Part shown: positions 1-9,440 of the stretch, in pieces
Layout: each line of letters begins with the position of its first letter
Position numbering within the stretch: the first letter of the stretch is position 1
Position numbers and translations under genes: made by a program
The notes under the pieces: model-generated
What the model was told of the DNA's origin: nothing
The model's input: only the letters and a program-made list of their open reading frames with translations
Database searches by the model: none
NCBI GenBank assembly: GCA_051439605.1
Contig: JBFRWN010000014.1
Span: 1 to 25,400 of the forward strand
Direction: 5' to 3'
From: Synechococcus sp.
GTDB lineage: Bacteria > Cyanobacteriota > Cyanobacteriia > Thermostichales > PCC-7336
DNA length: 25,400 nt

Positions 1-198
1 CCAATAGCAGGTGGGTTGGGCTGAGCAGGCCGTCCATTCAAGTTTTCTGTCGACGTCCTTATTGCTCTAGCTCAACAAACACCTAGATTCCAGCACCTCA
101 CGTCCACAGGTGCAAAATGTCAGTTAAGAATCACCTCGCTCTCATCAGCAACCGGTATTTTAATCTGTGGGTGTTTGATAATATAGCTAAGCACCAGT

Positions 199-270
199 GC
201 GGGTGTAGTTCAGTGGTAGAACGTCAGCTTCCCAAGCTGAATGTCGTGAGTTCGAGTCTCATCACCCGCT
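199..270 (+). tRNA. trnG: tRNA-Gly (anticodon CCC), CCA not encoded
   Basis: Acceptor stem GCGGGTG/CACCCGC, D-arm TAGTTCAGTGGTAGAAC, anticodon arm TCAGC-TTCCCAA-GCTGA, T-arm GTGAG-TTCGAGT-CTCAT; followed by TAC rather than CCA. Confidence 0.97.
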
Positions 271-346
271 TACCCAAAAAACTCCGTCAATGCCTTTTCT
301 ATAAAGCTTTTCATCGCCTCAGAGGCTTTTCCTTGTCCAATCTCCT

Positions 347-388
347 TAGGGCTTGATAGGGCATTTTAGAGGCAAAATTGGGGCATGA
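347..388. repeat. Four helically phased (G/A)GGC direct repeats, integrase arm-site-like
   Basis: GGGC at 349, GGGC at 359, AGGC at 370, GGGC at 381 (spacing 10/11/11) in TAGGGCTTGATAGGGCATTTTAGAGGCAAAATTGGGGCATGA, 80-115 bp downstream of the tRNA 3' end. The repeats are seen; the function is inferred. Confidence 0.45.
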
Positions 389-927
389 TTCAACTACCTC
401 AAAGATAGGGTAACAGTCCGATCGGAGATCTGATTGTGAAAAAGCTTCTTTGGTAAAGAATTGAGACTTTGATGTCTGACTGAAAGTGTTATCTCGGGAT
501 GAAACATGTCGATTTTTAAACTTTGCATCAAAATCGGGAGATTCGATACGACCTCCATAGCTCCCAAATTGATTGATCTCCTTCCAGTCATCGAGGGTAA
601 TTGTTCGAGCAAGGACCGGTAGTTCTGAAACAAAAGATAAACAGCGCTTGATAAAAGACCGATTATAAAAACACCATGCTTTGATAGATTCATGTCATTC
701 ACCAGCAGGGAAGTAGGAATGCAAGCGTCAGGACAAGGATGGAAGCCATAGCCAAAAGAATACGTAAGATAACTGGGACTAACTTCCCAAGTAGCCAAAA
801 TCAAGGAAGAGGTTCTTCGCGAAGTGGACTTCAACACTGCGTGAGGACAAAACGGTTTCGAGCTACTAGTTTTCAAGAACAGCAGGGGGAAAGCCCGTTG
901 ATGGTAGACAGTTAACTGTTCTTCTAT

Positions 928-2760
928 TTATTTCTCATCATCGTCAGTTGGATTTTGTGGAGGGTTGAGCCCTTGCCCGAAGGGATAAAAGCGAAATGCT
1001 GGCGAAACGTAGTTACCGGGCAAATAGTTTTCCGGAATCGTGCTCTGGTGCCCGTCCCGCATGGCCGAGTAATGGGGGGACATAATTTCAATATCGACTT
1101 CGTTGCACTTGTCCTGAATGTTTTGGTGTAACTCGGAATAGACTCTTTTTATCTGTGTTGTGTTGTTGGTATAAGCTCGCAATTCGTAACTGACATAAAA
1201 ATCATCCAGACTCGTTTGCAAGACAAATGGCGCAGGCTCGTCAACAATATCCGAGGTTGCCCGTGCTGCATCGATCAATGTTTGATGAACCTTGCGCCAC
1301 GGTACGTCGTACCCAAGAGTAATTGTAGTATTGAGAATTAAGGGTTCTTTAACGTCCCTTAGGGTAGCGGTGTAATTGACAATACTGCTGGTCAGCATGG
1401 TGGAGTTCGGTATAGTAATAATCTCGTTATTTGGAGTGCGAATTCGAGTTGAAAGAACAGTTTTTTCAAGAACCACGCCGATATATTCGCCCAGTTTAAC
1501 CCGATCGCCGATTTGAAAGCCACGGGTGTAGATAATGATATATCCTCCGATCACGTTGGCGACAGCGCTAGCACCTCCCAGAGTAATCAGAGCACCGAAT
1601 AAGAGAGAGAGCCCTCGAAAGGAAGGAGAATCAAACCCCGGGATGTAGGGAAAAGCTAATACTGCTGCGATCGCGACGATCAAGATGATGGTTAATTTGT
1701 ACGTTGGCTCGCTCCACTCTTCGTAGAAACCGGGAATTCTCAGCGTTCCGCTGTCAATCGCACTGAAGAACAGCCGACAAAACTGAATAAGGTAGTAAGC
1801 GAGCAAAAAGATAACCGCGATCGCAAATAAATTAGGCAGGAAAGCAACGAACCCATTCAATATCGTTTCTAACGTACTGTAGATCGAGTTGAGTAAGTTT
1901 TTACCCAGTCGCTCGGTCTGATTGAAAAGGCTCAGGGCAAACGGAACGTAGATATAAAGGAGAGAGAGGACAATCGCCCAGCGCACCAACCTCAGCAAAA
2001 AGATTAAGGCGCTAGCTTGACTTTCGGCGGAAAGCAGTTGTAGATTTTGTATTCTAATTGGGCGAAAAAATGTGTCTCTTGAAGCACTAATTCTACGAAA
2101 TACGATGGGAAATATAAACCTCAAGGCAGAAAGAATTACCAGCAGCACCACTGTCGATATTGCCAAATAAACCAAGCTAGTCAGCAGCTTTTCCGTACTC
2201 CGTTCTTGTCGATACTGAGTCACGCTCTCTTTAATAGCTTGCAGGCGTTCCTCAGCCAGCTCATTCAATTCGCGGTTATTTGCTATGGCATCATCGTTTG
2301 TCACTCCAAAAATCAATCGATCTTTTTCTGCCATGATAAAGATAACTTCTTCAAAATCCGATAGCTTAAATGAATCCACCGGGATTGAAAAGTCTTTGGC
2401 GATCTCTTCAATTTCTTCTGATGCGATTTCCGCCCGCTGAGCTGCAGTCGTCGTTCGCCCTCCAACCATGACCCGAAAAATTGTCCTTCCATCAAGAACA
2501 ACCGGGAATCCCTCCTCAGCAGCAGTCAGTTCTTCCTGACCGATTTGTGGCTCGACTTGCCGATCTTGCTCTTCCGCTAAGTCTTCCTCAATAGTTTCAG
2601 AGGGACTTTGCGATACGAGGACCTCTGAAGCTTGTGGTTCTTTGTTATAGAAAAATGCTACTGGTCGCGAAAATCCTATAGGGGCGATCACCGCCGCAAG
2701 AAATGCCACCAAAGCCAAGGAAAGAAATGTTCTAATCAATCTTTTCATCGTCCTTCTCAT
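928..2760 (-). CDS. Large MscS-family mechanosensitive ion channel with N-terminal periplasmic domain
   Basis: 610 aa; signal/TM segment, acidic soluble domain, several TM helices, then the MscS core (LITLGGASAVANVIGG, FQIGDRVKLGEYIGVV, TRIRTPNNEIITIPNS, TLGYDVPWRKV, LHQNIQDKCNEVDIEIMSPHY). Alternative start at 2748. Confidence 0.93.
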   Translation of the reverse strand: MRRTMKRLIRTFLSLALVAFLAAVIAPIGFSRPVAFFYNKEPQASEVLVSQSPSETIEEDLAEEQDRQVEPQIGQEELTAAEEGFPVVLDGRTIFRVMVGGRTTTAAQRAEIASEEIEEIAKDFSIPVDSFKLSDFEEVIFIMAEKDRLIFGVTNDDAIANNRELNELAEERLQAIKESVTQYRQERSTEKLLTSLVYLAISTVVLLVILSALRFIFPIVFRRISASRDTFFRPIRIQNLQLLSAESQASALIFLLRLVRWAIVLSLLYIYVPFALSLFNQTERLGKNLLNSIYSTLETILNGFVAFLPNLFAIAVIFLLAYYLIQFCRLFFSAIDSGTLRIPGFYEEWSEPTYKLTIILIVAIAAVLAFPYIPGFDSPSFRGLSLLFGALITLGGASAVANVIGGYIIIYTRGFQIGDRVKLGEYIGVVLEKTVLSTRIRTPNNEIITIPNSTMLTSSIVNYTATLRDVKEPLILNTTITLGYDVPWRKVHQTLIDAARATSDIVDEPAPFVLQTSLDDFYVSYELRAYTNNTTQIKRVYSELHQNIQDKCNEVDIEIMSPHYSAMRDGHQSTIPENYLPGNYVSPAFRFYPFGQGLNPPQNPTDDDEK

Positions 2761-3212
2761 ATATGGTTATTCAATTGGACTCATTTTGCCATCGACCTCA
2801 GATCGTTCTAGGTAACTGCCATCAATATCGTTACCCTATTTGTTCGTTCGCTAAATCTGCTGTCACTATGATTCTTTTTTTAAGGAACTCCTGTAACCGA
2901 TCGGTCTTTGTGGAGTCACCATAAAAGGCATCTACTTTTAGCTTTCAAAATGAGTTCAATTTTCTTCATCTCCGCTCCTAAGAGCATCTTTTTTTACCGC
3001 CAAAGCAAGCATTTTATATCTTGCTGCCTGACTGCCATCCATATCTTAAGAATCCAATTCTCGGACAAGTGTATACGAGCGATTGGCGATGGTTACATAT
3101 CTATATATGACTTTTGCAAAAACCATTGTGTGTTAAGCAATTTTTACTGATAAAGTCTAGATTGTCACTTCATAAGAACAATATATTTACTATTCATGAA
3201 AAGGATGTAGCA

Positions 3213-4868
3213 ATGAAAGCATTCAAAAACGTTTCTGCTAACTTGCTCTCTTCAATAAGTCTTTTTAGCTACACCCTGCTTGCGTCATTGCTACTCGCAT
3301 CCCCGGCACGATCCGCAGAAGAAATCAGCATCAGATATAGTGCTGCCGAGCGGTCTATATCGGTTGCCGAGCTTGACAAATTCGTGCAGACCGGCGAGAT
3401 TTCCCGCGGCTTGCAGTGGTATGCCGATCGCCTTACGCCAGAGCAGCGAGCCACACTTCGTGCTGTATTGCAGGAGCCACTGGCAGTCGATCCCAAGGTG
3501 TTGACCACCTTTATCGAAGACCCCACTGGAGACGCTTTGCTACGACGCCTGTTGGCGATCTTTTGGGGGGCGCTGGACGAAGAATCGCTGCTCAAAGCGC
3601 TGCGATCGTCGTTGGTCTTGGCAGCAACGGACGAAGCTGAAGGGCTGACAGTTATGAATGCCATCCGCAAGTACCCACTCACGAAGATCCGGATCGATTT
3701 AGCTGTCGGTTTGACAGCGGCCAATCAGGTCAAGGAGATTTTTATCGATAGCAACAAAATTTTTACCGCCATCCAGCAAAAGGCCGACACGGGATTTATT
3801 TCCCTAGATGATTTGCCGACTGCTCCTGAAGAGCCGGGGCCGCTGAAATGGGAAATGCGAGAAGTGACCTTTACGAACCCCGAACGGGATGCGGCAGAAT
3901 TGGTGACTGCGGATATTTACTTGCCGGAAGGGCTGGATGCAACTGCCCCGCTGATTGCGATCTCTCACGGTGTTGCCTCCAGTCGGGCTACATTTGCCTA
4001 TTTGGCAGAGCACCTAGCATCTCACGGGTTTGCTGTTGCAGCGGTTCAACACCCCGATACCGATACGCTGCGATTTCAGCAATACATTGCCGGTTTTGCC
4101 GAGCAACCCGATCCCAGATTTTTTATTCAGCGGCCCAACGATATCACCGCCCTGCTGGACGATCTCGAGCAAAAAATCGCGAACGACCCCAATTGGCAGG
4201 GGCGATTGCAAACGGATAACGTTGGCATCTTCGGCCATTCTTTAGGGGGCTACACGGTTTTGGCCTCCGGCGGTGCGCAACTGGACTTCGAGTACAACCA
4301 ACAGCAGTGCGAAGACCAGCAGGAAGAAGTCTTGCCGTTTAACTTATCGCTGTTGTTGCAATGTCAGCTACAGGAATTACCCGTCCAAGAGGGCAACTTC
4401 CGCGACGATCGCGTAGCAGCTGTCTTAGCGGTCAACCCCGTCAGCAGCACGGTCTTCGGACCGAACGGTATCGGTCAGTTACAGTTGCCGACCTTGATGG
4501 TGGCCAATTCCCATGACTTTTTTGCCCCTGCCGTAGACGAACAGATCGAACCGTTCACCTGGCTGGAGGCCGAAAACCGACACCTATTGTTGGTGGAAAA
4601 CGGAACTCACTTTTCTTTCTTGCCGAGCGGCGAAGGGGGAGTGTTCGATGTCCCCAAAGAGTTGATCGGCCCAGACCCCGAACTGGCCCACCCGGCAATG
4701 CGCTGGTTGGCGGTAGCGTTTTTCGAGACCTACATCAGCGGATCGAACGAATTCAAACCGTACTTGACAGAATTCTTGGTGCCATCCGATACGGAGGATT
4801 TTGATTACGCCTTAACCGAATCGTTTACCCAAGAGGAGCTGGATGCAGCTGTGAAACTAGCAGAGTAG
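3213..4868 (+). CDS. DUF1400 plus alpha/beta hydrolase (cyanobacterial predicted dienelactone hydrolase type), probably exported
   Basis: Signal peptide ending PARSA-EEI; DUF1400-like N-terminus (SISVAELDKFVQTGEI); ISHG oxyanion motif, nucleophile GHSLGG, NGTHFS His. ATG 3213 preferred to TTG 3114. Confidence 0.9.
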   Translation: MKAFKNVSANLLSSISLFSYTLLASLLLASPARSAEEISIRYSAAERSISVAELDKFVQTGEISRGLQWYADRLTPEQRATLRAVLQEPLAVDPKVLTTFIEDPTGDALLRRLLAIFWGALDEESLLKALRSSLVLAATDEAEGLTVMNAIRKYPLTKIRIDLAVGLTAANQVKEIFIDSNKIFTAIQQKADTGFISLDDLPTAPEEPGPLKWEMREVTFTNPERDAAELVTADIYLPEGLDATAPLIAISHGVASSRATFAYLAEHLASHGFAVAAVQHPDTDTLRFQQYIAGFAEQPDPRFFIQRPNDITALLDDLEQKIANDPNWQGRLQTDNVGIFGHSLGGYTVLASGGAQLDFEYNQQQCEDQQEEVLPFNLSLLLQCQLQELPVQEGNFRDDRVAAVLAVNPVSSTVFGPNGIGQLQLPTLMVANSHDFFAPAVDEQIEPFTWLEAENRHLLLVENGTHFSFLPSGEGGVFDVPKELIGPDPELAHPAMRWLAVAFFETYISGSNEFKPYLTEFLVPSDTEDFDYALTESFTQEELDAAVKLAE

Positions 4869-5117
4869 CACCTAGACCGACTCGGGTTATTTCAGAATTT
4901 CTGGAGGGATTTCCTGTCATCCCCTCCCCCAACCACGTCGAGGGCGAAGGTTTGATTTCTCAATTTCCTCAACGCTACTTCAGTTTTAAGAAATTGAATT
5001 TAGCTGTCTACTGTAAGCAGGCAGACGAAAGTGACTCAGCCCATTGAGAAGACTGAGTGCTCACAAACGTTGAGGGGCTCTGCCCTGTTTAAGCCGCTCT
5101 GGGCTGAGTAGAACTAG

Positions 5118-6300
5118 CAACTGGTTGCGGGTTTCGTATGTGGCTGATAGGAAATATTGAACGATATATCAGAATTGAGTATTCGACGAGGCAAAACGAT
5201 CTGATTTCGTATTTTTTCTCGATCCTTTTCTCAATATTCTCGTTTTCTAAGCACGACAAATCTAGATCTATTCTCTCGAGAACTCAGGGATAATAGATAA
5301 TGAGAACGTTAACTGTTACAGAAATGCCAGAGATTGATCATCGTGTACGCTAGCCTTTTCAAGGCATAGTGCAATTGACTAATACGTTCAAAGCAGATCA
5401 GTAAGCGCCTGAACTTATCTTCCCACGCGAACACTCTTTCGATGGTGTAAAACCGTTCCTGAAAGATTTCCGGCTCGAAAATACGTTTGCGTCCACGCTT
5501 TGGTGTGGTTCTGCCGCGAGGATTTTCTGGAATATTCGGAACCATCCCACGATTGAAAATAGCTTTTCGGTTTGCTCTACTATCGTAGACCCCATCCAAG
5601 CTAACAATTGTATTGTTCAGATTGAGTCCGACTTTCTTTGCGATGCGGGTCACTAGCGGCAGTGCTTTCTTCAACAGCGGCGACTCGTTACGATTGCCAT
5701 GAGCTGCCACAAAAGGGGCGATTACATTACAGTTGCGATCGCAGAAGGCTACAACTTTATCCCCTTTCATATGCTTGTGTCCGCTGAATCCGAGATTATC
5801 GCCACCCTTCTTCGCTGCTGTCGTCGTACCATCACCGTGGATGACGCTGACCTCGAGATACCCTTTCTGATGAAGTATCGACACAGACCCTGCAAAAATG
5901 GCATCAAAACACCCATTGATTTCAAATCGTCTAAAGGCCCGATAGATGTTTGTGTAGTGGATCTCTGGTCGCCCATCTTTGGTCTTCTCGATCGGCAGCT
6001 CTTTCCACTGACACCCGATGTACAGCAGTTTAAGAATGTAATTGAAGATTACGTGTAAAGATAGCTTCGGTTGAGGCCCACGACTGCCAATGTGCAGGTG
6101 GGGCAAGACAAATTGCTCAAACTGCTCTAAGCCCAAATGCGTCGGAATCCCTTGCCACGGTTGAGATTGGGCCATCATCACTCCTATCGCCTGACAACCT
6201 CAAGTGACTTTAGCCGCTTCTAGGTTGCGTCGCAGGAATGCTATGTCTGTTAGAGGCTTCCAGACAAATTCACTCCTGGGGCAAAACCCGCAACCAGTTG
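5118..6300 (-). mobile_element. IS5-family insertion sequence, 1183 bp
   Basis: Perfect 17-bp terminal inverted repeats CAACTGGTTGCGGGTTT (5118-5134) and AAACCCGCAACCAGTTG (6284-6300) enclosing one DDE transposase ORF; no exact target duplication. Confidence 0.88.
5309..6175 (-). CDS. IS5-family DDE transposase
   Basis: N-terminal GCQWKELP motif; catalytic-type motifs HGDGT, LDGVYDS and IERVFAWEDKFRRL; AGGAG RBS favours ATG 6175 (in-frame starts also at 6178 and 6181). Confidence 0.92.
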   Translation of the reverse strand: MAQSQPWQGIPTHLGLEQFEQFVLPHLHIGSRGPQPKLSLHVIFNYILKLLYIGCQWKELPIEKTKDGRPEIHYTNIYRAFRRFEINGCFDAIFAGSVSILHQKGYLEVSVIHGDGTTTAAKKGGDNLGFSGHKHMKGDKVVAFCDRNCNVIAPFVAAHGNRNESPLLKKALPLVTRIAKKVGLNLNNTIVSLDGVYDSRANRKAIFNRGMVPNIPENPRGRTTPKRGRKRIFEPEIFQERFYTIERVFAWEDKFRRLLICFERISQLHYALKRLAYTMINLWHFCNS

Positions 6301-6650
6301 TAAGGCATGCGAGCATCCCAGAAAAGTATCCTGGACTAAGAGCAAGGGACGCAGATTAATCTTGGCTATCCTCTCTATTGCGATCTCCTCACTCTCGATC
6401 CAGCCTTTTTGAATGGTTCGCAACCCATTCTGCCAGCCTAAGCTGCTCCGTATCCGAGAAGTCTCCACTCGCGGCAACATCACGAAAGATTTGCCAGCAT
6501 CAACCTCATTGGCCACAAACTGAAAGCCGTTTATCGTCCGAAACACGTCGATTGCCGCTGGGACAAATCTTGTCTATCCAATTTTTTTTCAAGAGCGGCT
6601 AAATTCACGGTCTATTCATCCGCTCGCCCGACCGAGCCGTTCAATCCGCC

Positions 6651-8582
6651 TTAACCCTGTTTCAGATACGTTTCGTAGCGTTGCAACAGGCTTTCTTTAC
6701 CCAGGTCTTGCTGCCAGTACTCCACGATCGCATGGCCAAAGGCCCAAGCATCACGATCGGGGGCTGCCGTCTTGTTAACGATTAGAGGCCACAGCTCAAG
6801 CAAATTTACAGACCGTTGCTCGCGATCGCCCAAAATGGCAACCAGTTCGTAGGCCATCTGTACTTTGCCAATCGCAGTGGGTAACACCTCCACGGGAATT
6901 TCCTCTGCCAGCAAATGGGCCAATGCGGGGGAGCCAGTCACAACTGTAGAGATTGCTTGTAGGATGGGGCTTTTGACAAATCCTGCCAGCCCTTGGGTTG
7001 TGGTCATCTGGAAGCTGTAGCGATCGATGACCTTCGCTGCAGCGATTGTCCGAGCCTCGCGATCGCGCAGACAGCGAGCTAAGCGGATTTGTTTGGCCGG
7101 ATCGATGCTGTCCAGCAGTGCAACAGACAGCTCGTCAATCCCCCAGTTATCCCGACCTGAATCTCTATCTCCATTCACCACTGGCAGCGTGAGTTCGCAC
7201 CGATCGCCCAGTTCTTCAATCCGGTAGGCAATCGCCTCCCGGATATTGCGTTCTTTGAGGCGATCCCCTTCCCGCCAATCGTAAGGGGGATCCCATTCCC
7301 GCAGCGGGCGCAGCCGATCCACCTGAGTCACCACGGCGATCGTGGGCAGTTCGGGATGGTGGTCCACCATCTGTTGCAAAAAATCAGCATCCATCTGCAG
7401 GGCTGGATCGAGGGCAGGATTGACCAGCAATAGCACATCCGCCTGACCTGCGTAATCTAGAACCTGCTGGAGATAGTCTCCTTTCCCCACTTGTTCGTAG
7501 CCGGGAGTATCCCACAGAATCAGGCGTTCCCCATTCTCTTCCGGCCCCATCCATTCGTAAGCCTGAATACTGGATGTGCTGGGTAAAACATTCACCTCAG
7601 CCAAGTCCGTTTGAAACAACGAATTAATCAGGCTGCTTTTTCCCGCGCCAGTTCGACCCACCATCAAAATTTTGACCGGAGCTATGACGATTGCCTCGTC
7701 TGGCTCTGCCTGCGCCAAAATGGATTTGAGGGTGCGGGTTTGTTCCTCAGCGATCGCTGACCCCAGAATTGCAACTTCAGCCCCCTCGGCACCGTAAAGG
7801 GCGATCGCCTGTTTGCAGAGATTGTGCAAAGCGGCTTCCCTCAATAGCTGATTGAGGTTGGCTAATAGCTGCTGGTTGGCTTGAGTAGTGGACTCGCGCC
7901 CCAGCTCTTTCGCAAGGGCCGCCAATGGATTCAGAACCCATTGCGCCCAGTTCCACGCGGATAAAATTTTGCGGGCGGTGGGTTCTAATTGTCGATAGGT
8001 TTCGTACCCTCGGTAGGCTTGCCCCACCGTCACTTGACCCAAAACCGGCTGCAACTGTTGCATCCAGCGATCCATATCGTCTACAGTGCCGCGAATCAAG
8101 CCGTAGGCCTGGGGAATGTAGATATTCAGCAAGGGATATTTGACGTCGGGGTGGTAAACCTTCGCGATCGCCTCGACTAGCATTAAGCATCGCTGCCAAA
8201 AAGTTGACCAATCCTCCCATACGGGGGCATCTTGGCGAGCCTGTTTCAAAATTGACTGTAATTCCCGTTCGACCTGCGCCACCTCTGCAGGGGTCTCCGA
8301 CTTTGTCTCCCCATCCGGTGCTCCATCTGGCGGCACAGTTTCTAGCGTTGCCAGCAGCTCATCCAAGGCTGGAACATCGAGGTCTGGACGATTCGCAGGC
8401 GCTGTCCATTTGACCAACAACCAGCGCCATCCCACAAGAACAATGGCCATCAGCCCCCACACCCAGTTCAAGTTCCACTGATGGATTTGCCAGCTGGCGG
8501 CGGTGAGGAAAAAGCCTGCGATCGCGACCAATGGCAGAGAGAGCACTAACCACTGCCATACTTTCAATTGCGTCACTAGCAT
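6651..8582 (-). CDS. Membrane-anchored Era/HSR1-like GTPase family protein
   Basis: Two N-terminal TM helices; G1 GRTGAGKSS, G3 DTPG, G4-like TQVD; helical C-terminal domain. Start ATG 8582 or GTG 8576 (GGAGG upstream). Confidence 0.85.
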   Translation of the reverse strand: MLVTQLKVWQWLVLSLPLVAIAGFFLTAASWQIHQWNLNWVWGLMAIVLVGWRWLLVKWTAPANRPDLDVPALDELLATLETVPPDGAPDGETKSETPAEVAQVERELQSILKQARQDAPVWEDWSTFWQRCLMLVEAIAKVYHPDVKYPLLNIYIPQAYGLIRGTVDDMDRWMQQLQPVLGQVTVGQAYRGYETYRQLEPTARKILSAWNWAQWVLNPLAALAKELGRESTTQANQQLLANLNQLLREAALHNLCKQAIALYGAEGAEVAILGSAIAEEQTRTLKSILAQAEPDEAIVIAPVKILMVGRTGAGKSSLINSLFQTDLAEVNVLPSTSSIQAYEWMGPEENGERLILWDTPGYEQVGKGDYLQQVLDYAGQADVLLLVNPALDPALQMDADFLQQMVDHHPELPTIAVVTQVDRLRPLREWDPPYDWREGDRLKERNIREAIAYRIEELGDRCELTLPVVNGDRDSGRDNWGIDELSVALLDSIDPAKQIRLARCLRDREARTIAAAKVIDRYSFQMTTTQGLAGFVKSPILQAISTVVTGSPALAHLLAEEIPVEVLPTAIGKVQMAYELVAILGDREQRSVNLLELWPLIVNKTAAPDRDAWAFGHAIVEYWQQDLGKESLLQRYETYLKQG

Positions 8583-8984
8583 TTCCTCCAAACAATCGTT
8601 TCCATCGTGGAAAGGGAGAACCGAGATCTTGAGGGGGGTTGTCTTCTACAGATTGAGCTCCGTGACAATGTGGCTATATTCCAAAGCGATCCACAAGCCC
8701 CATTCTTTCTAGCAAACTCAATCCATGAATAGAGGCATTCAGCTCATCAATAGGACTTCTTCTCACAAGCATGCAGATCTTGGCTCGTTCCAGGCACACC
8801 TCACGATGCTCCCTAACGACCCCATGGACTCTACACGCCTAAAGAGGCTGTTCCCAGCCGTCAAAGCCCCTAAGCGATTTCAGGTCTGGGTAGAGCAAGC
8901 ACGCAGTTGCAAGCCACTGCTCAGCATCCCAATCCTTGAGCTAGCCTAGAGATATGAAGAAATGTTGCCAGCTGGAGCAATATT

Positions 8985-9440
8985 GTGACTGACACCGTGA
9001 TTTACGACGGCAACTGCAATCTCTGCGTCACTTTGGTGCAGGCCCTGGAACGATTAGACAAGGGCCAAACCTTTACTTATCTTCCGATGCAATACCCGCA
9101 GTTAGAAGCTGAATTTGGGGTCACCGAGCAAGACTGCGAACTGGGGATGATGGTGATTAATGGCACAGATCCTGCATTGCGCTGGCAAGGGAGTGACGCC
9201 GCTGAAGAAATTGCCCGACGCTTACCCCTTAGTGCACCTTTTGTGACGACCTATCGAGCGTTGCCGGGGATGAAATGGGCTGGAGATCGCATCTACGAAC
9301 AGGTGCGCGACAACCGCTACGCCTGGTTTGGACGCCGCCAGACAACCTACAATTCTCTTTACGCTGCTGCTTGCAAGTCCGGGACCTGTCAACCTTTTCC
9401 CGCAGTCGACTCAGCCATCGAGACTGACGCTAGCTGCTAA
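8985..9440 (+). CDS. DCC-family (DUF393) thiol-disulfide oxidoreductase
   Basis: N-terminal YDGNCNLC (DxxCxxC) and C-terminal YEQVRDNRYAWFG motifs. Confidence 0.9.
   Translation: MTDTVIYDGNCNLCVTLVQALERLDKGQTFTYLPMQYPQLEAEFGVTEQDCELGMMVINGTDPALRWQGSDAAEEIARRLPLSAPFVTTYRALPGMKWAGDRIYEQVRDNRYAWFGRRQTTYNSLYAAACKSGTCQPFPAVDSAIETDASC

Larger units (their letters stand above)
271..6629. mobile_element. Putative decayed tRNA-Gly-anchored genomic islet (no integrase left)
   Basis: Starts at a tRNA 3' end; AT-rich spacers; few HIP1 sites (3 counted by eye versus about 16 in 6651-13577); contains an IS and apparent gene remnants; degenerate tRNA-3' match at 6610-6624. Confidence 0.5.

Noticed and set aside
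117..356. 79-aa ORF on + strand
   Set aside because: Runs through the tRNA-Gly gene; no protein-like features.
2811..2835. GGTAAC-N13-GTTACC palindrome as an NtcA site
   Set aside because: Spacing does not fit GTA-N8-TAC; a 6-bp inverted repeat can arise by chance.
6250..6546. 98-aa ORF as an intact gene or a second transposase fragment
   Set aside because: Its end lies inside the IS; FVMLPR/LGW only faintly recalls IS5 C-termini and the catalytic ER motif is absent.
8725..8949. 74-aa ORF between the GTPase and DCC genes
   Set aside because: No clear RBS or motif; lies in a divergent promoter region.
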